From an uncultured delta proteobacterium (GTDB lineage Bacteria; Desulfobacterota; Binatia; UBA9968), in contig CAVUZH010000016.1 of NCBI GenBank assembly GCA_963745835.1, positions 288,001-352,000 on the forward strand: 64,000 nt of DNA, written 5' to 3'. Both the position numbers and the translations under genes were made by a program. The notes under the pieces were generated by a model. The model had not been told where the DNA came from. It made no database searches and saw nothing but the letters and a program-made list of their open reading frames with translations. Shown here piece by piece: positions 55,301 to 63,508 of this stretch. Position 1 is the stretch's first letter; every line of letters begins with the position of its first letter.

Positions 55301-55663
55301 CTGGACGCTGCTGGACAATTTCGCGTGCTATGTCGACGCATTCAAAAAAGAGTGCCCCTATGATCAACCCACGAAAAACGTGCAGAGTTTGCAACCATCG
55401 CAGCCGCAGAGGTGGGGCTCAGTTTCTAATTTGTGATTAAATTATTTCTCCTTCAAAAGGAGTTCTGCAGCGGCTTGAACTGAAGCGTCGTATAGTTCAA
55501 TGCTGGATGTATTCAGCACACGTGCCCCCGCTGTAATGGTTACGTTGCCATCGTCTTGCGAGAGCCAGAGCGCACTGCCTTTACAGGCGGTCAATGGGTG
55601 CATTTACACTTTGCGGAGCAACGTTATTGACTTAAAGTTTTTGAATTGTTAGGTCATACCCCT

Positions 55664-55981
55664 GTGAAGCGGTCGATCCTGTCTACTTTGTTGCTTTTCT
55701 TTGTCGCGCTGGGTCTCACCGGTACGCAAGTATTCGCGATCGTGATCACGGCGGCACACGCGGCCGAGCAGGAAGCTGCTGAGGAACGAGAAGAACAGGT
55801 TTCCAGGAAGTCCTCCCGGCGACCTCAGACTCGTGGTAAAAAACTTCAGCCGCCTTCCGTCAATCCCTCGATATTTTTCGGCTTAACATCGAACGCACGG
55901 ACCGATCTGCGTTTGCGCTTTTTTCTTCAGTCGAACCTCCCCCCGGGTAATCTCCGCCTTCTTCAGGTCTATCGCGTTTAA
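55664..55981 (+). CDS. Small exported/membrane-anchored hypothetical protein upstream of the TerC gene
   Basis: Hydrophobic N-terminus, charged linker, C-terminal LRLLQVYRV. Confidence 0.55.
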   Translation: MKRSILSTLLLFFVALGLTGTQVFAIVITAAHAAEQEAAEEREEQVSRKSSRRPQTRGKKLQPPSVNPSIFFGLTSNARTDLRLRFFLQSNLPPGNLRLLQVYRV

Positions 55982-56059
55982 GATTTCCGTTCTCGTAATG
56001 TTTTTGCTCGCGTGACGTGTGCGCGGTGGTTTCGCTTGCAAATAGGAGAATGGAAATTT

Positions 56060-57211
56060 ATGGAATCAGAACGCTTATTTCTTTGGATTGCTTTTAACGT
56101 TTTTGTCTTGGGGATGCTCGCCCTCGATCTCGGGGTCTTTCACCGCAAGGCTCACACAGTCTCAATTAAGGAAGCCTCCATCTGGAGCGTGGTATGGATC
56201 ACGCTGGCGATGGCGTTCAATCTCGGCATCTACTTCGCTTGGGGGCAGGAAACGGCGCTTGAATTTTTGACCGGCTACGTGATCGAGAAGTCACTCAGCG
56301 TCGACAACTTGTTCGTTTTCCTAATGGTTTTCCAATATTTCAATACTCCGAGCGAGTACCAGCACCGCGTACTTTTTTGGGGCATTCTCGGGGCCTTGAT
56401 TCTGCGCGCCATTTTCATAGCCACAGGCTCCGCCCTGCTAGCCAACTTTCATTGGATGGGTTACGTCTTCGGCGCGTTCTTGGTCATCACCGGGATCAAG
56501 ATGTATCTTCAGGGGGGCGAGAAGATCGAGCCCGAGAAAAATCCTGTGGTTAGGCTTTTCGAGCGCTGGGTACCGATAAGCAGAAGTTATGATGGTCAGA
56601 AATTTTTTGTCCGGCGCGACGGCAAGACTCACGCAACGCTCTTAATGCTCGTGCTCCTCGTCGTTGAAACCACCGACGTGATTTTCGCGGTCGACTCGAT
56701 TCCGGCCATTTTTGCGATCACTCAGGATCCGTTTATTGTTTACACGTCGAACGTTTTTGCGATTCTCGGGCTGCGCGCGCTGTATTTCATGCTTGCGGGA
56801 GTCATGGAAATGTTCACCTATCTCAAAGTCGGGCTATCGGCGGTGCTGTGCTTTGTCGGCGCCAAGATGATGCTCGTCGACATCTATAAAATTCCGATCG
56901 GCGCTTCACTCTCGGTCATCGGCGGCGTGTTGCTCTTGTCGATTCTCGCGTCGTGGGCGTTTCAGCCCAAAAAGGCCGGCGTGCAATCGCACAAGCCCGA
57001 CGGCGCTCCGCGCTCGAGCCCATCACGCACGAGCGGTTCCGTCAACCCGGCAGTGATCGGTTGGATAGCATTGTTTTTAGTCACGGCGTATTTGATTCTG
57101 GCGACCATGGGACTCCATCGCCGGTGGTTGGACGAAAGAAGAATCGATCATCGTAACGGATTGGTCGAGAGTAACCCCGCGGACGCGAAATGGCCGCATG
57201 GAAGGAATTAG
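56060..57211 (+). CDS. TerC/Alx family metal homeostasis membrane protein with a C-terminal extension
   Basis: EKSLSVDNLFVF, QHRVLFWG, DVIFAVDSIPAIFA, SNVFAILGLRALYF. Confidence 0.93.
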   Translation: MESERLFLWIAFNVFVLGMLALDLGVFHRKAHTVSIKEASIWSVVWITLAMAFNLGIYFAWGQETALEFLTGYVIEKSLSVDNLFVFLMVFQYFNTPSEYQHRVLFWGILGALILRAIFIATGSALLANFHWMGYVFGAFLVITGIKMYLQGGEKIEPEKNPVVRLFERWVPISRSYDGQKFFVRRDGKTHATLLMLVLLVVETTDVIFAVDSIPAIFAITQDPFIVYTSNVFAILGLRALYFMLAGVMEMFTYLKVGLSAVLCFVGAKMMLVDIYKIPIGASLSVIGGVLLLSILASWAFQPKKAGVQSHKPDGAPRSSPSRTSGSVNPAVIGWIALFLVTAYLILATMGLHRRWLDERRIDHRNGLVESNPADAKWPHGRN

Positions 57212-57789
57212 AAGCGATTACGATCGGCACAGATCCGAGTCTCGCTCAGGCGTGAGCGCAGTTTGCGTTATTCGAAGGCGGACTTTGCCCAGCTTCTGTT
57301 TCTTGCCGATGCTGCCCCGAGTCCGAAGACCTGTGCAGGTCCTGTGTCGTATATGACGGCAGAGCCATATCACACTGCCGCCATTAATCCTGATGAACGC
57401 GCTCTGTCGGCCTTTTATCCGTACAGCAGAAACAACAAGCCCCAAGAACTCCCATACGTGGCAGCGCTCAGGGCTTGGTTTTGTTGGCCTTTGACGGTGC
57501 GTTTAGACTCTAGTGTACTGTAACAGCAGATTAACGTCCGTGGTTCATGCTTCGAGGACCTCAACACGAACGACTTGTGCCATCTTTCGAGGCTTCCAGC
57601 ATGATCTGAGGCCAACCCCAGGAACCCCAAACGTTTCCCGGAGGGGAAATACATAGAGAGTTTAAGGCCGGGCGCTCTGGCGCTTTTTGATCGCGAGGGT
57701 GCGCCGGCTTTTTTAGTGCACAGATTGGGTAATGGAGAGTCACTGGAGCCGACACGGAAAAGTTTGGTTCATACAAAGTGGGAGAGCGT

Positions 57790-58063
57790 ATGGCAACCGA
57801 ACAAAAGCCACGAACAGCTGAGATCAATGCGCGGCTATGGGGCGCACGCGCTACTGATTGGGCGGAAATTCAGGAAGGAACGTGCCGACCGGTGTATCTC
57901 GCCATATTCGAGCGGGCGCGGCTCAAGCCCGGAATGGCCTACCTTGACGAGGTGATGAGGTCTTCGGTCTCGATGCGGCTCCCAATCTTGTGAAGATCGC
58001 ACGCGCCCGTGTCCCGGGGGGCGAGTTTCATCTTGGAGATCTGGAGAGCCTCCCTTTCCGGAC
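57790..58063 (+). pseudogene. Class I SAM methyltransferase remnant (motif I deleted, frameshifted, 3'-truncated)
   Basis: LWGARATDWAEIQE...MAYLD, then in a shifted frame GDEVFGLDAAPNLVKIARARVPGGEFHLGDLESLPF; GxGxG missing; ends just before an attC site. Confidence 0.8.
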
Positions 58064-58077
58064 ATTAGGACGGGTTC

Positions 58078-58163
58078 GTCTAACGAGATGCCGCTGAGCC
58101 GCTAACGCAAAATAGATCATTTCATCACCTTGTGTCGCTCTCGACTCAAGCGGCGGGTTATGC
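58078..58163 (-). mobile_element. attC-like integron cassette recombination site
   Basis: Minus strand GCATAAC...GCCGCT[T]GAGTCG...CGGCTCAGCGGC...GTTAGAC; 10 bp after the stop of 58174-58641. Confidence 0.8.
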
Positions 58164-58173
58164 CTCTTGGGTG

Positions 58174-58641
58174 CTACCCCTTCTCTGGCATAGCCGAGGA
58201 ATGGTGGCTGGTGATGAGCCACTCTGAACCGTTCCAGCGATAGGTGTAGGTGTAGCGTCCGCTCACCTTTGCCCCCGTCTTAGCAAACGTGAATGTGTAA
58301 AGACCAGCATCAACCGCCGTGTTGCAACCGAGCTCGATGGTGCGCAAGTCGATCCTGCCAGAGGGGCGGTTCTCTAAGAAGTGATGGAAGTAATCCTCCT
58401 TCTCGGCTGGAGTGAGACGCGGCTTGTTTGAAACAGTGGGCAACAGGATAGATCGCTCTGCGTAGTTGGCGACTACTTTGTGCGGATCACCAGTTTGTAA
58501 CGACTGATTCCAGCGATCGAATAGCGAGGCGATTTCCTGTTCTGTAGTTGCCTTACAGGACTGCACGCGCGCACCTTGCGTACTGGCACAGCCGACAAGA
58601 GTTCCGGCAATCACAAACAAACTTAAAAAATTTAATTTCAT
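58174..58641 (-). CDS. SgcJ/EcaC family (DUF4440 / CaMKII association domain, NTF2-like) lipoprotein
   Basis: LVGC lipobox, IASLFDRWNQSL, LLPTVSN, DAGLYTF, ITSHHSSAMPE. Confidence 0.9.
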   Translation of the reverse strand: MKLNFLSLFVIAGTLVGCASTQGARVQSCKATTEQEIASLFDRWNQSLQTGDPHKVVANYAERSILLPTVSNKPRLTPAEKEDYFHHFLENRPSGRIDLRTIELGCNTAVDAGLYTFTFAKTGAKVSGRYTYTYRWNGSEWLITSHHSSAMPEKG

Positions 58642-58901
58642 TTACGCGTTCCTTTCAGCGTGGGTAGCAGAGCCTTGAGGCGTCACCAATAGAATCTGGT
58701 TCCGTATAGAACTTCCTAGTTTCCGTATAGCACGGGTGAATCAACGCCAATGTTGCTCGCTTTTACATCTAGAACAGGTCTTTGTAAAGCCCGGTAAAGC
58801 TCCGCGGCCGAGACGTTGGAAGCACCGTTTGCCGGAGCGTGCAGCGCATTAGTGCTTTGTGTCTTGAGAGAACCCGGGTTTTCTCTTCAATGACACACTC
58901 A

Positions 58902-59030
58902 CTACTGCGCGGCGGGATTTCCCGGCGGGGCCACAGTGACTCCGCGCGGGCCAGCACGGTCGATGGCCTTCTGCACCGACCCCGAAGCTTTGGCATCCTC
59001 GACAAACCCATTAACCCTCGCGAGTTCACA
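58902..59030 (-). pseudogene. C-terminal remnant of a polar amino acid-type solute-binding protein
   Basis: LARVNGFVEDAKASGSVQKAIDRAGPRGVTVAP matches the C-terminus of 59574-60319 (FIEEAKASGLVQRAINDSGWRGVRVA). Confidence 0.65.
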
Positions 59031-59116
59031 GACCAAGTGACCGGCAGTTGAATAGGTTCGATCTAGTCGGGCCACGTCTGCGGCGTTAAAGTTCGCCAAT
59101 TGCTCACCTCGGGATT

Positions 59117-59539
59117 TTAGCCAGCCACTGGTGAAAACGGCAGCGCGGCTTCCATTGTGCGGAACGGGACCGACATGTAATCGAACTCTGAGCACGTGGC
59201 TTGAACGAGTAGGAACAATGTCTCATCGGTTTTGCTCGGATTCGATAGCTCATGCCGCACACCGGGCGGCACTCGACAGAACGCGCCAGGTTTGAGAACG
59301 AACACGCCGTTCCCGCATTCGCCCTCGTACCGAATTTCAAGAACTCCCTTCAGGCCGATAAAAAGATCGTAAACTTGAGCATGCTCGTGCGTTGGAACAC
59401 CGCTGCCGGGCTGTACTCGGTACAGTGCCGTCTGCACCGGCGCATCGTCATGCAAGGTACCTTTCTCGCAACCCGGCCTACGTTCCTTGAGAGCGATAGC
59501 TGTAATGTCTTTAACCGTGATGACGGATTTTTGGTCCAT
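59117..59539 (-). CDS. Cupin domain protein
   Basis: PTHEHAQVYD...VPPGVRH cupin motifs. Confidence 0.85.
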   Translation of the reverse strand: MDQKSVITVKDITAIALKERRPGCEKGTLHDDAPVQTALYRVQPGSGVPTHEHAQVYDLFIGLKGVLEIRYEGECGNGVFVLKPGAFCRVPPGVRHELSNPSKTDETLFLLVQATCSEFDYMSVPFRTMEAALPFSPVAG

Positions 59540-59573
59540 GGGAGTGTCCTTTCGGATCATTGTCAGTAACTCT

Positions 59574-60319
59574 CTACGCTCCCTTCCCTTTCGCTGCCAC
59601 GCGGACGCCTCGCCAGCCAGAATCGTTGATTGCGCGCTGCACTAACCCCGAGGCCTTGGCCTCTTCGATGAACTCGCTGATATAGGCAAGCCTTCCGGAC
59701 TGCCCCTGCGGGACCGCCATCGCTGTAAAGTTCGCTCCAAAACAGTCATCCAGCACCCGCGAACCGGACAATCTGGCGGAGAACTCTAGAAGCGCGGGAC
59801 GGGTGGATGCCCACGCGTCCGCGTCTCCACTACGCAGCAGGTCAAAAGCAAGGTCCGGCGTCTCCGCGCTAATTAGTTCGGCATGTTTCCGTACGCGGTT
59901 CAGACACAACGTCGAGGCGTGGTTGCGCACAACGGCGATACGGGTACTCGGGCAGTCGGCATCGGCGGCACTTTGAATTGAGGAGTCGACCGTCACCAAA
60001 TAGGTAAAATCAAATTGAAGGACCGCGGGTGAGAAATCCATCTCCGAGATCCGAGATTCATCCATCGCCCCAAACCCCATATATCGCATGCGCCGGCTTT
60101 GAGGCCTTCCATCGCCCTAGGAGGAGTTTGATATTCGATCGGCATGAACTCAACCCCGATCCGCGCCGCTAGCGCGCGAGCGAGTTCGATCGTCCACCCG
60201 CGCAACTCGCCGGTTGCCAGATCCTTCGCATATTGCGGTGGATAGAGCGCGACCCGGATTTTGCCGGCTCGCCTGAGATCCGCGATTCGTGGGTCGGGCA
60301 CCTGTTGGATATCGATCAC
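59574..60319 (-). pseudogene. Polar amino acid ABC-type substrate-binding protein, frameshifted
   Basis: PDPRIADL...GKIRVAL...GACD, then in a shifted frame MGF...MDFSP...TYLV; extra AT in the ATATAT run at about 60079-60084. Confidence 0.82.
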
Positions 60320-60358
60320 AACACCCTCGTTTTCGCGTTCATACACATTCCTGCTAGC

Positions 60359-60417
60359 GTTCAACGTTACGCTAAGCCGGCCCTCTTGGCGGTCGGTCTG
60401 AAGCGGCCCAGTTAGAC
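60359..60417 (-). mobile_element. attC-like site (59 bp)
   Basis: Minus strand GTCTAAC-TGGGC-CGCTTCAG...CTTAGCG-TAAC-GTTGAAC; RYYYAAC and GTTRRRY both satisfied. Confidence 0.8.
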
Positions 60418-60453
60418 ACTCCGTTTTGCAAAACACTAGCCCGTGGAAAAATT

Positions 60454-61248
60454 CTATCCTGCCGGTACTACCCCGCGCACTGCCCAAGCCTTTGCACGAA
60501 GTTTAATCGATCCGTCAGGGCCGTTATCAAGAATGTCTGTGCGTAGTCGCTCCTTCAATACCTGTCGGCGATCCTCGGAGAGACTACTGATATAAGGTTT
60601 AGGCGGTCCCTGGCTATTTGACAGGAGGCTCCAGAAATCGTCAAAGGAACTAAACTCCATAGGAATAACCAGCGCCCTTGTTTCAACATTCGCAAAACCA
60701 GTGGCGATCCACAGCTCTGAAAGCGCGCTTGCTGATCCATAACGCCTATTCCCAGGTCGTTTAGCTCCCGGGTCAACAGCAACGGCCGCATCCCAGAATC
60801 TTTCCGATAACTCCATGCCTCCACTGTTGTCCCATACACAAGTTGCAACACTTCCGCCCTTTTTTGTGACGCGCCTCATTTCTCTTGCTGCCGCGTGTGC
60901 ATCCGAGACAAACTGGATCATCAATGATGATACGCAGCAGTCGAAAGAGCCATTGTCATAGGGAAGTTTCTGAGCTTCCCCGATTTCAAAAGCAACATGC
61001 GGATGTGAATTCTGTGCACGAGCATATTCTACGTAGCCAACTGAAGGGTCAATGCCGACAACCGTTGAAGCTTTTGTTGTATCAGCGATGGTGAATGTAA
61101 GTGAACCCGTACCACAGCCTACATCCAATACCCGATCCCCTTCTTTGATACCGTCTATAAATTCGATGAATAGAGGAGCAAGGGTTTTAGTCCAGCTTCC
61201 CATTCCGGCCTGATACTTATCAGCATCCGTGTGCAGGTTGGGTTCCAT
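60454..61248 (-). CDS. Class I SAM-dependent methyltransferase (cassette-borne)
   Basis: VLDVGCGTG, GIDPS, EMRRVTKKGG; AGGAGG RBS; flanked by attC-like sites. Confidence 0.92.
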   Translation of the reverse strand: MEPNLHTDADKYQAGMGSWTKTLAPLFIEFIDGIKEGDRVLDVGCGTGSLTFTIADTTKASTVVGIDPSVGYVEYARAQNSHPHVAFEIGEAQKLPYDNGSFDCCVSSLMIQFVSDAHAAAREMRRVTKKGGSVATCVWDNSGGMELSERFWDAAVAVDPGAKRPGNRRYGSASALSELWIATGFANVETRALVIPMEFSSFDDFWSLLSNSQGPPKPYISSLSEDRRQVLKERLRTDILDNGPDGSIKLRAKAWAVRGVVPAG

Positions 61249-61281
61249 AGTCGCCTCCTAACCGTGTTGACTAGGACTGAG

Positions 61282-61337
61282 ATCTACGTGAAGGCTGAGC
61301 CGCGCTCTGCGCGACGGCCTCAAGCCGACTGTTAGGG
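61282..61337 (-). mobile_element. attC-like site with a one-base-deleted R' box
   Basis: Minus strand CCCTAAC-AGTC-GGCT[T]GAG[G]CCG[T]CGC-GCAGA-GCGCGGCTCAGCC-TTCAC-GT(T)AGAT. Confidence 0.72.
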
Positions 61338-61420
61338 GCTACACCGCGATTGTGAAAGAAGCGCGTCACAATCCCAATGTGAACCAGACGACGTCGTCGC
61401 CTTCGATGCCTCCCGCTATC

Positions 61421-62353
61421 TCACAGCCGCCAAAGGTCGCGGAATTGGACAGCCACCATCTGCTCGTAGGCTACCGGTTCAGCGAGCAAGCCGACCGATT
61501 GAGTGAAACGGTTTAGCCCATTTACGGCTTCCTCAGATATGGCAGCATCGTAGAACGGCAAGTCCCGTTCAATAATTGTGGCGATCAGTTCTGCAGCATC
61601 CGGGGGAAAACGCCGCTTTCCCACTTCAGCAGCTCGTGTTGGATCCGCCCGAAGTGCTTTGTGGGTTTTGACAATAGCCCGCACAGTAGCCGCGATTCGT
61701 TCCGGGTCTCGACTGATTAAAGAATCAGTGGTCACAAGGCCAGTGAAGGTGAAATTCCGAGCGGCAGGGGGACCATCGCCGCGGCGCACATCTAACAAAA
61801 CTTTTCCCACGCCACGCCGTATTGCGATCTGTGTTGCCATGGCATTAGCCCAGAAGGCATCAATTTGGCCTGCCTCAAGTGCTTTGGCTGCAGCCACTCC
61901 AAAGGAGGCACCAGGGTCCCCGGCGCCCGGAACGGGCACGATCTGCACTTTGTCACGTTCAATGTCGAGTCCGGCCGCTATTAACAACTGCTTGAGCGCC
62001 GCATCTGGTCCCTGATCTCCACCAATCCGCAACCCCTTCAAGACATTCATGTCTCCGCGCTCTGCGCGGAGGTCGGAACGCACCACTAAAAGCCAGGGAA
62101 TCCCTTGAGAGAGTGCAGCAATAAGCTTGACCCCTTTCCAGCGTGGAAAGGATCTCAGGACAGTATGGACAGCGCCACTTACATAGGCATCTGTGGCGCC
62201 TTCACGTAACGCGGAAACTGCTTTAGCCGTAGGGGTAATCAATTTGATCTCCGCATCGAGACCCTCGGCCTTGAAAAATCCTAACTCCTCTGCAGCGAGT
62301 ACGGGAAAGCATGTGTTGGTCACGAAGTCGAGGACTGCAATTCGCATTTGCAT
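61421..62353 (-). CDS. ABC transporter substrate-binding protein, NMT1/THI5-like, no evident signal peptide (cassette-borne)
   Basis: FPVLAAEELGFFKAEGLD, LKGLRIG, GQIDAFWAN; GGGAGG RBS before ATG 62353. Confidence 0.88.
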   Translation of the reverse strand: MQMRIAVLDFVTNTCFPVLAAEELGFFKAEGLDAEIKLITPTAKAVSALREGATDAYVSGAVHTVLRSFPRWKGVKLIAALSQGIPWLLVVRSDLRAERGDMNVLKGLRIGGDQGPDAALKQLLIAAGLDIERDKVQIVPVPGAGDPGASFGVAAAKALEAGQIDAFWANAMATQIAIRRGVGKVLLDVRRGDGPPAARNFTFTGLVTTDSLISRDPERIAATVRAIVKTHKALRADPTRAAEVGKRRFPPDAAELIATIIERDLPFYDAAISEEAVNGLNRFTQSVGLLAEPVAYEQMVAVQFRDLWRL

Positions 62354-62361
62354 CGCATCCT

Positions 62362-62421
62362 CCCTAACTTGCGGGTGAGAGGCGCGGTCCCGCCGCGTCC
62401 TTCTCAACACAATAGTCAGCA
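62362..62421 (-). mobile_element. attC-like site (degenerate R'')
   Basis: Minus strand TGCTGAC...TGAGA[A]GG[A]CGCGG-CGGGA-CCGCGCCTCTCA...GTTAGGG. Confidence 0.72.
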
Positions 62422-62467
62422 ATTTTGTGGGTAATTGAACTCATGCCTTCTTCTCCGCCGTAGGTAA

Positions 62468-63301
62468 TTACTTTATCCCGACGCCAATAAGTACCTCACC
62501 GGGAACCTCAAGGCCGTTAGGCCCTTCAAAGCGCCTAAGTTGCTCTTCAATTTCGACCCAGGCTCTCTCACGTTCAGTCTCGTTTAATCGGTTCATGAGT
62601 TCCCTCATGTCACCGGCACCATTTCTCATTCTTCGAATAGCGTCAGCCGCAGATGGGAAACGTCGCTGTATAGGAATCGTATGAACAGACACATTGAGAA
62701 AACCAGTCCGCCTAAAGAGGTCTTCAAGTGCCCCTGGATCTCCGAGTGCGAACATCCAGGGTTCTCCTGGCGATGGAGGGGGTATGTTTCCTAAGCGCTG
62801 AACGATTGCGAAGACGATTCCTTGGTACGGATTCTTTTCTAAGGCGGAGAACACAATCACTGCGACTTTTCCTTCAGGCTTCACAACGCGCCGCATTTCT
62901 GTGAGCCCTTTCGCTGGGTTCGGAAATAACATCAGAGCTTGCCGACATATCACAGCGTCAAATGAGTCAACATCGAGTTCAAGATTCTCTGCGTTCATTA
63001 CGCGGGTTTCTACGTTCATGCGGCTCTCTTTACGGGCCACTTCGGCAGCTACACTTAGCATGCTAGAAGAATGATCCGTCGCCAATACGTACCCTCTTCC
63101 TCCAACGCGCTGAGCTGCCATAAGAGTTGACTCACCCGTGCCTGCCGCAACGTCAAGCACTCGGCTGCCTGCTTGGACACCGGCCAAGTCAAGCATCTTC
63201 TCCGTTGCAGCTCCGATAATTTGCTGCCGTGCCGCTTGTCCAGCTCTCCACCAATCGGCGCTCTCTTTGAGTTCCCATTTTTCACGTGGAAGAGTCGTCA
63301 T
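62468..63301 (-). CDS. Class I SAM-dependent methyltransferase (UbiE-like)
   Basis: VLDVAAGTGE, FDAVICR, EMRRVVKP; GGAGG RBS. Confidence 0.92.
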   Translation of the reverse strand: MTTLPREKWELKESADWWRAGQAARQQIIGAATEKMLDLAGVQAGSRVLDVAAGTGESTLMAAQRVGGRGYVLATDHSSSMLSVAAEVARKESRMNVETRVMNAENLELDVDSFDAVICRQALMLFPNPAKGLTEMRRVVKPEGKVAVIVFSALEKNPYQGIVFAIVQRLGNIPPPSPGEPWMFALGDPGALEDLFRRTGFLNVSVHTIPIQRRFPSAADAIRRMRNGAGDMRELMNRLNETERERAWVEIEEQLRRFEGPNGLEVPGEVLIGVGIK

Positions 63302-63508
63302 ATGTTGTCCTCCTATTTTGCGCGGGTCGATTGAAACCGATAAGTTTTCTCAGATGCCCGTTTATCCTCCCTCAACCCAACAAACTTGGAATGCCTCAAA
63401 TGACGTCCGGCGTCCATTCGGCGAACTCGATCTAGGCGACCAGCTCCGGTTCGGATGATAACAACATGACTAGGTTTGATAGATGGAGAATACAGTTCAA
63501 TCCTGGGG

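Noticed and set aside
57453-57508. Possible fifth attC (minus strand GTCTAAAC...CTGAGCGCTGCCACGTATGG)
   Set aside because: Both end boxes are imperfect and the arms pair poorly; cannot be supported without a covariance-model score.
60320-60487. N-terminal part of ORF 59993-60487
   Set aside because: It overlaps an attC-like site and the end of the upstream gene; SBP-like sequence starts near GTG 60319.
62354-62422. N-terminal extension of ORF 61421-62422 in the ORF track
   Set aside because: It runs through the attC-like hairpin; a strong RBS supports ATG 62353.
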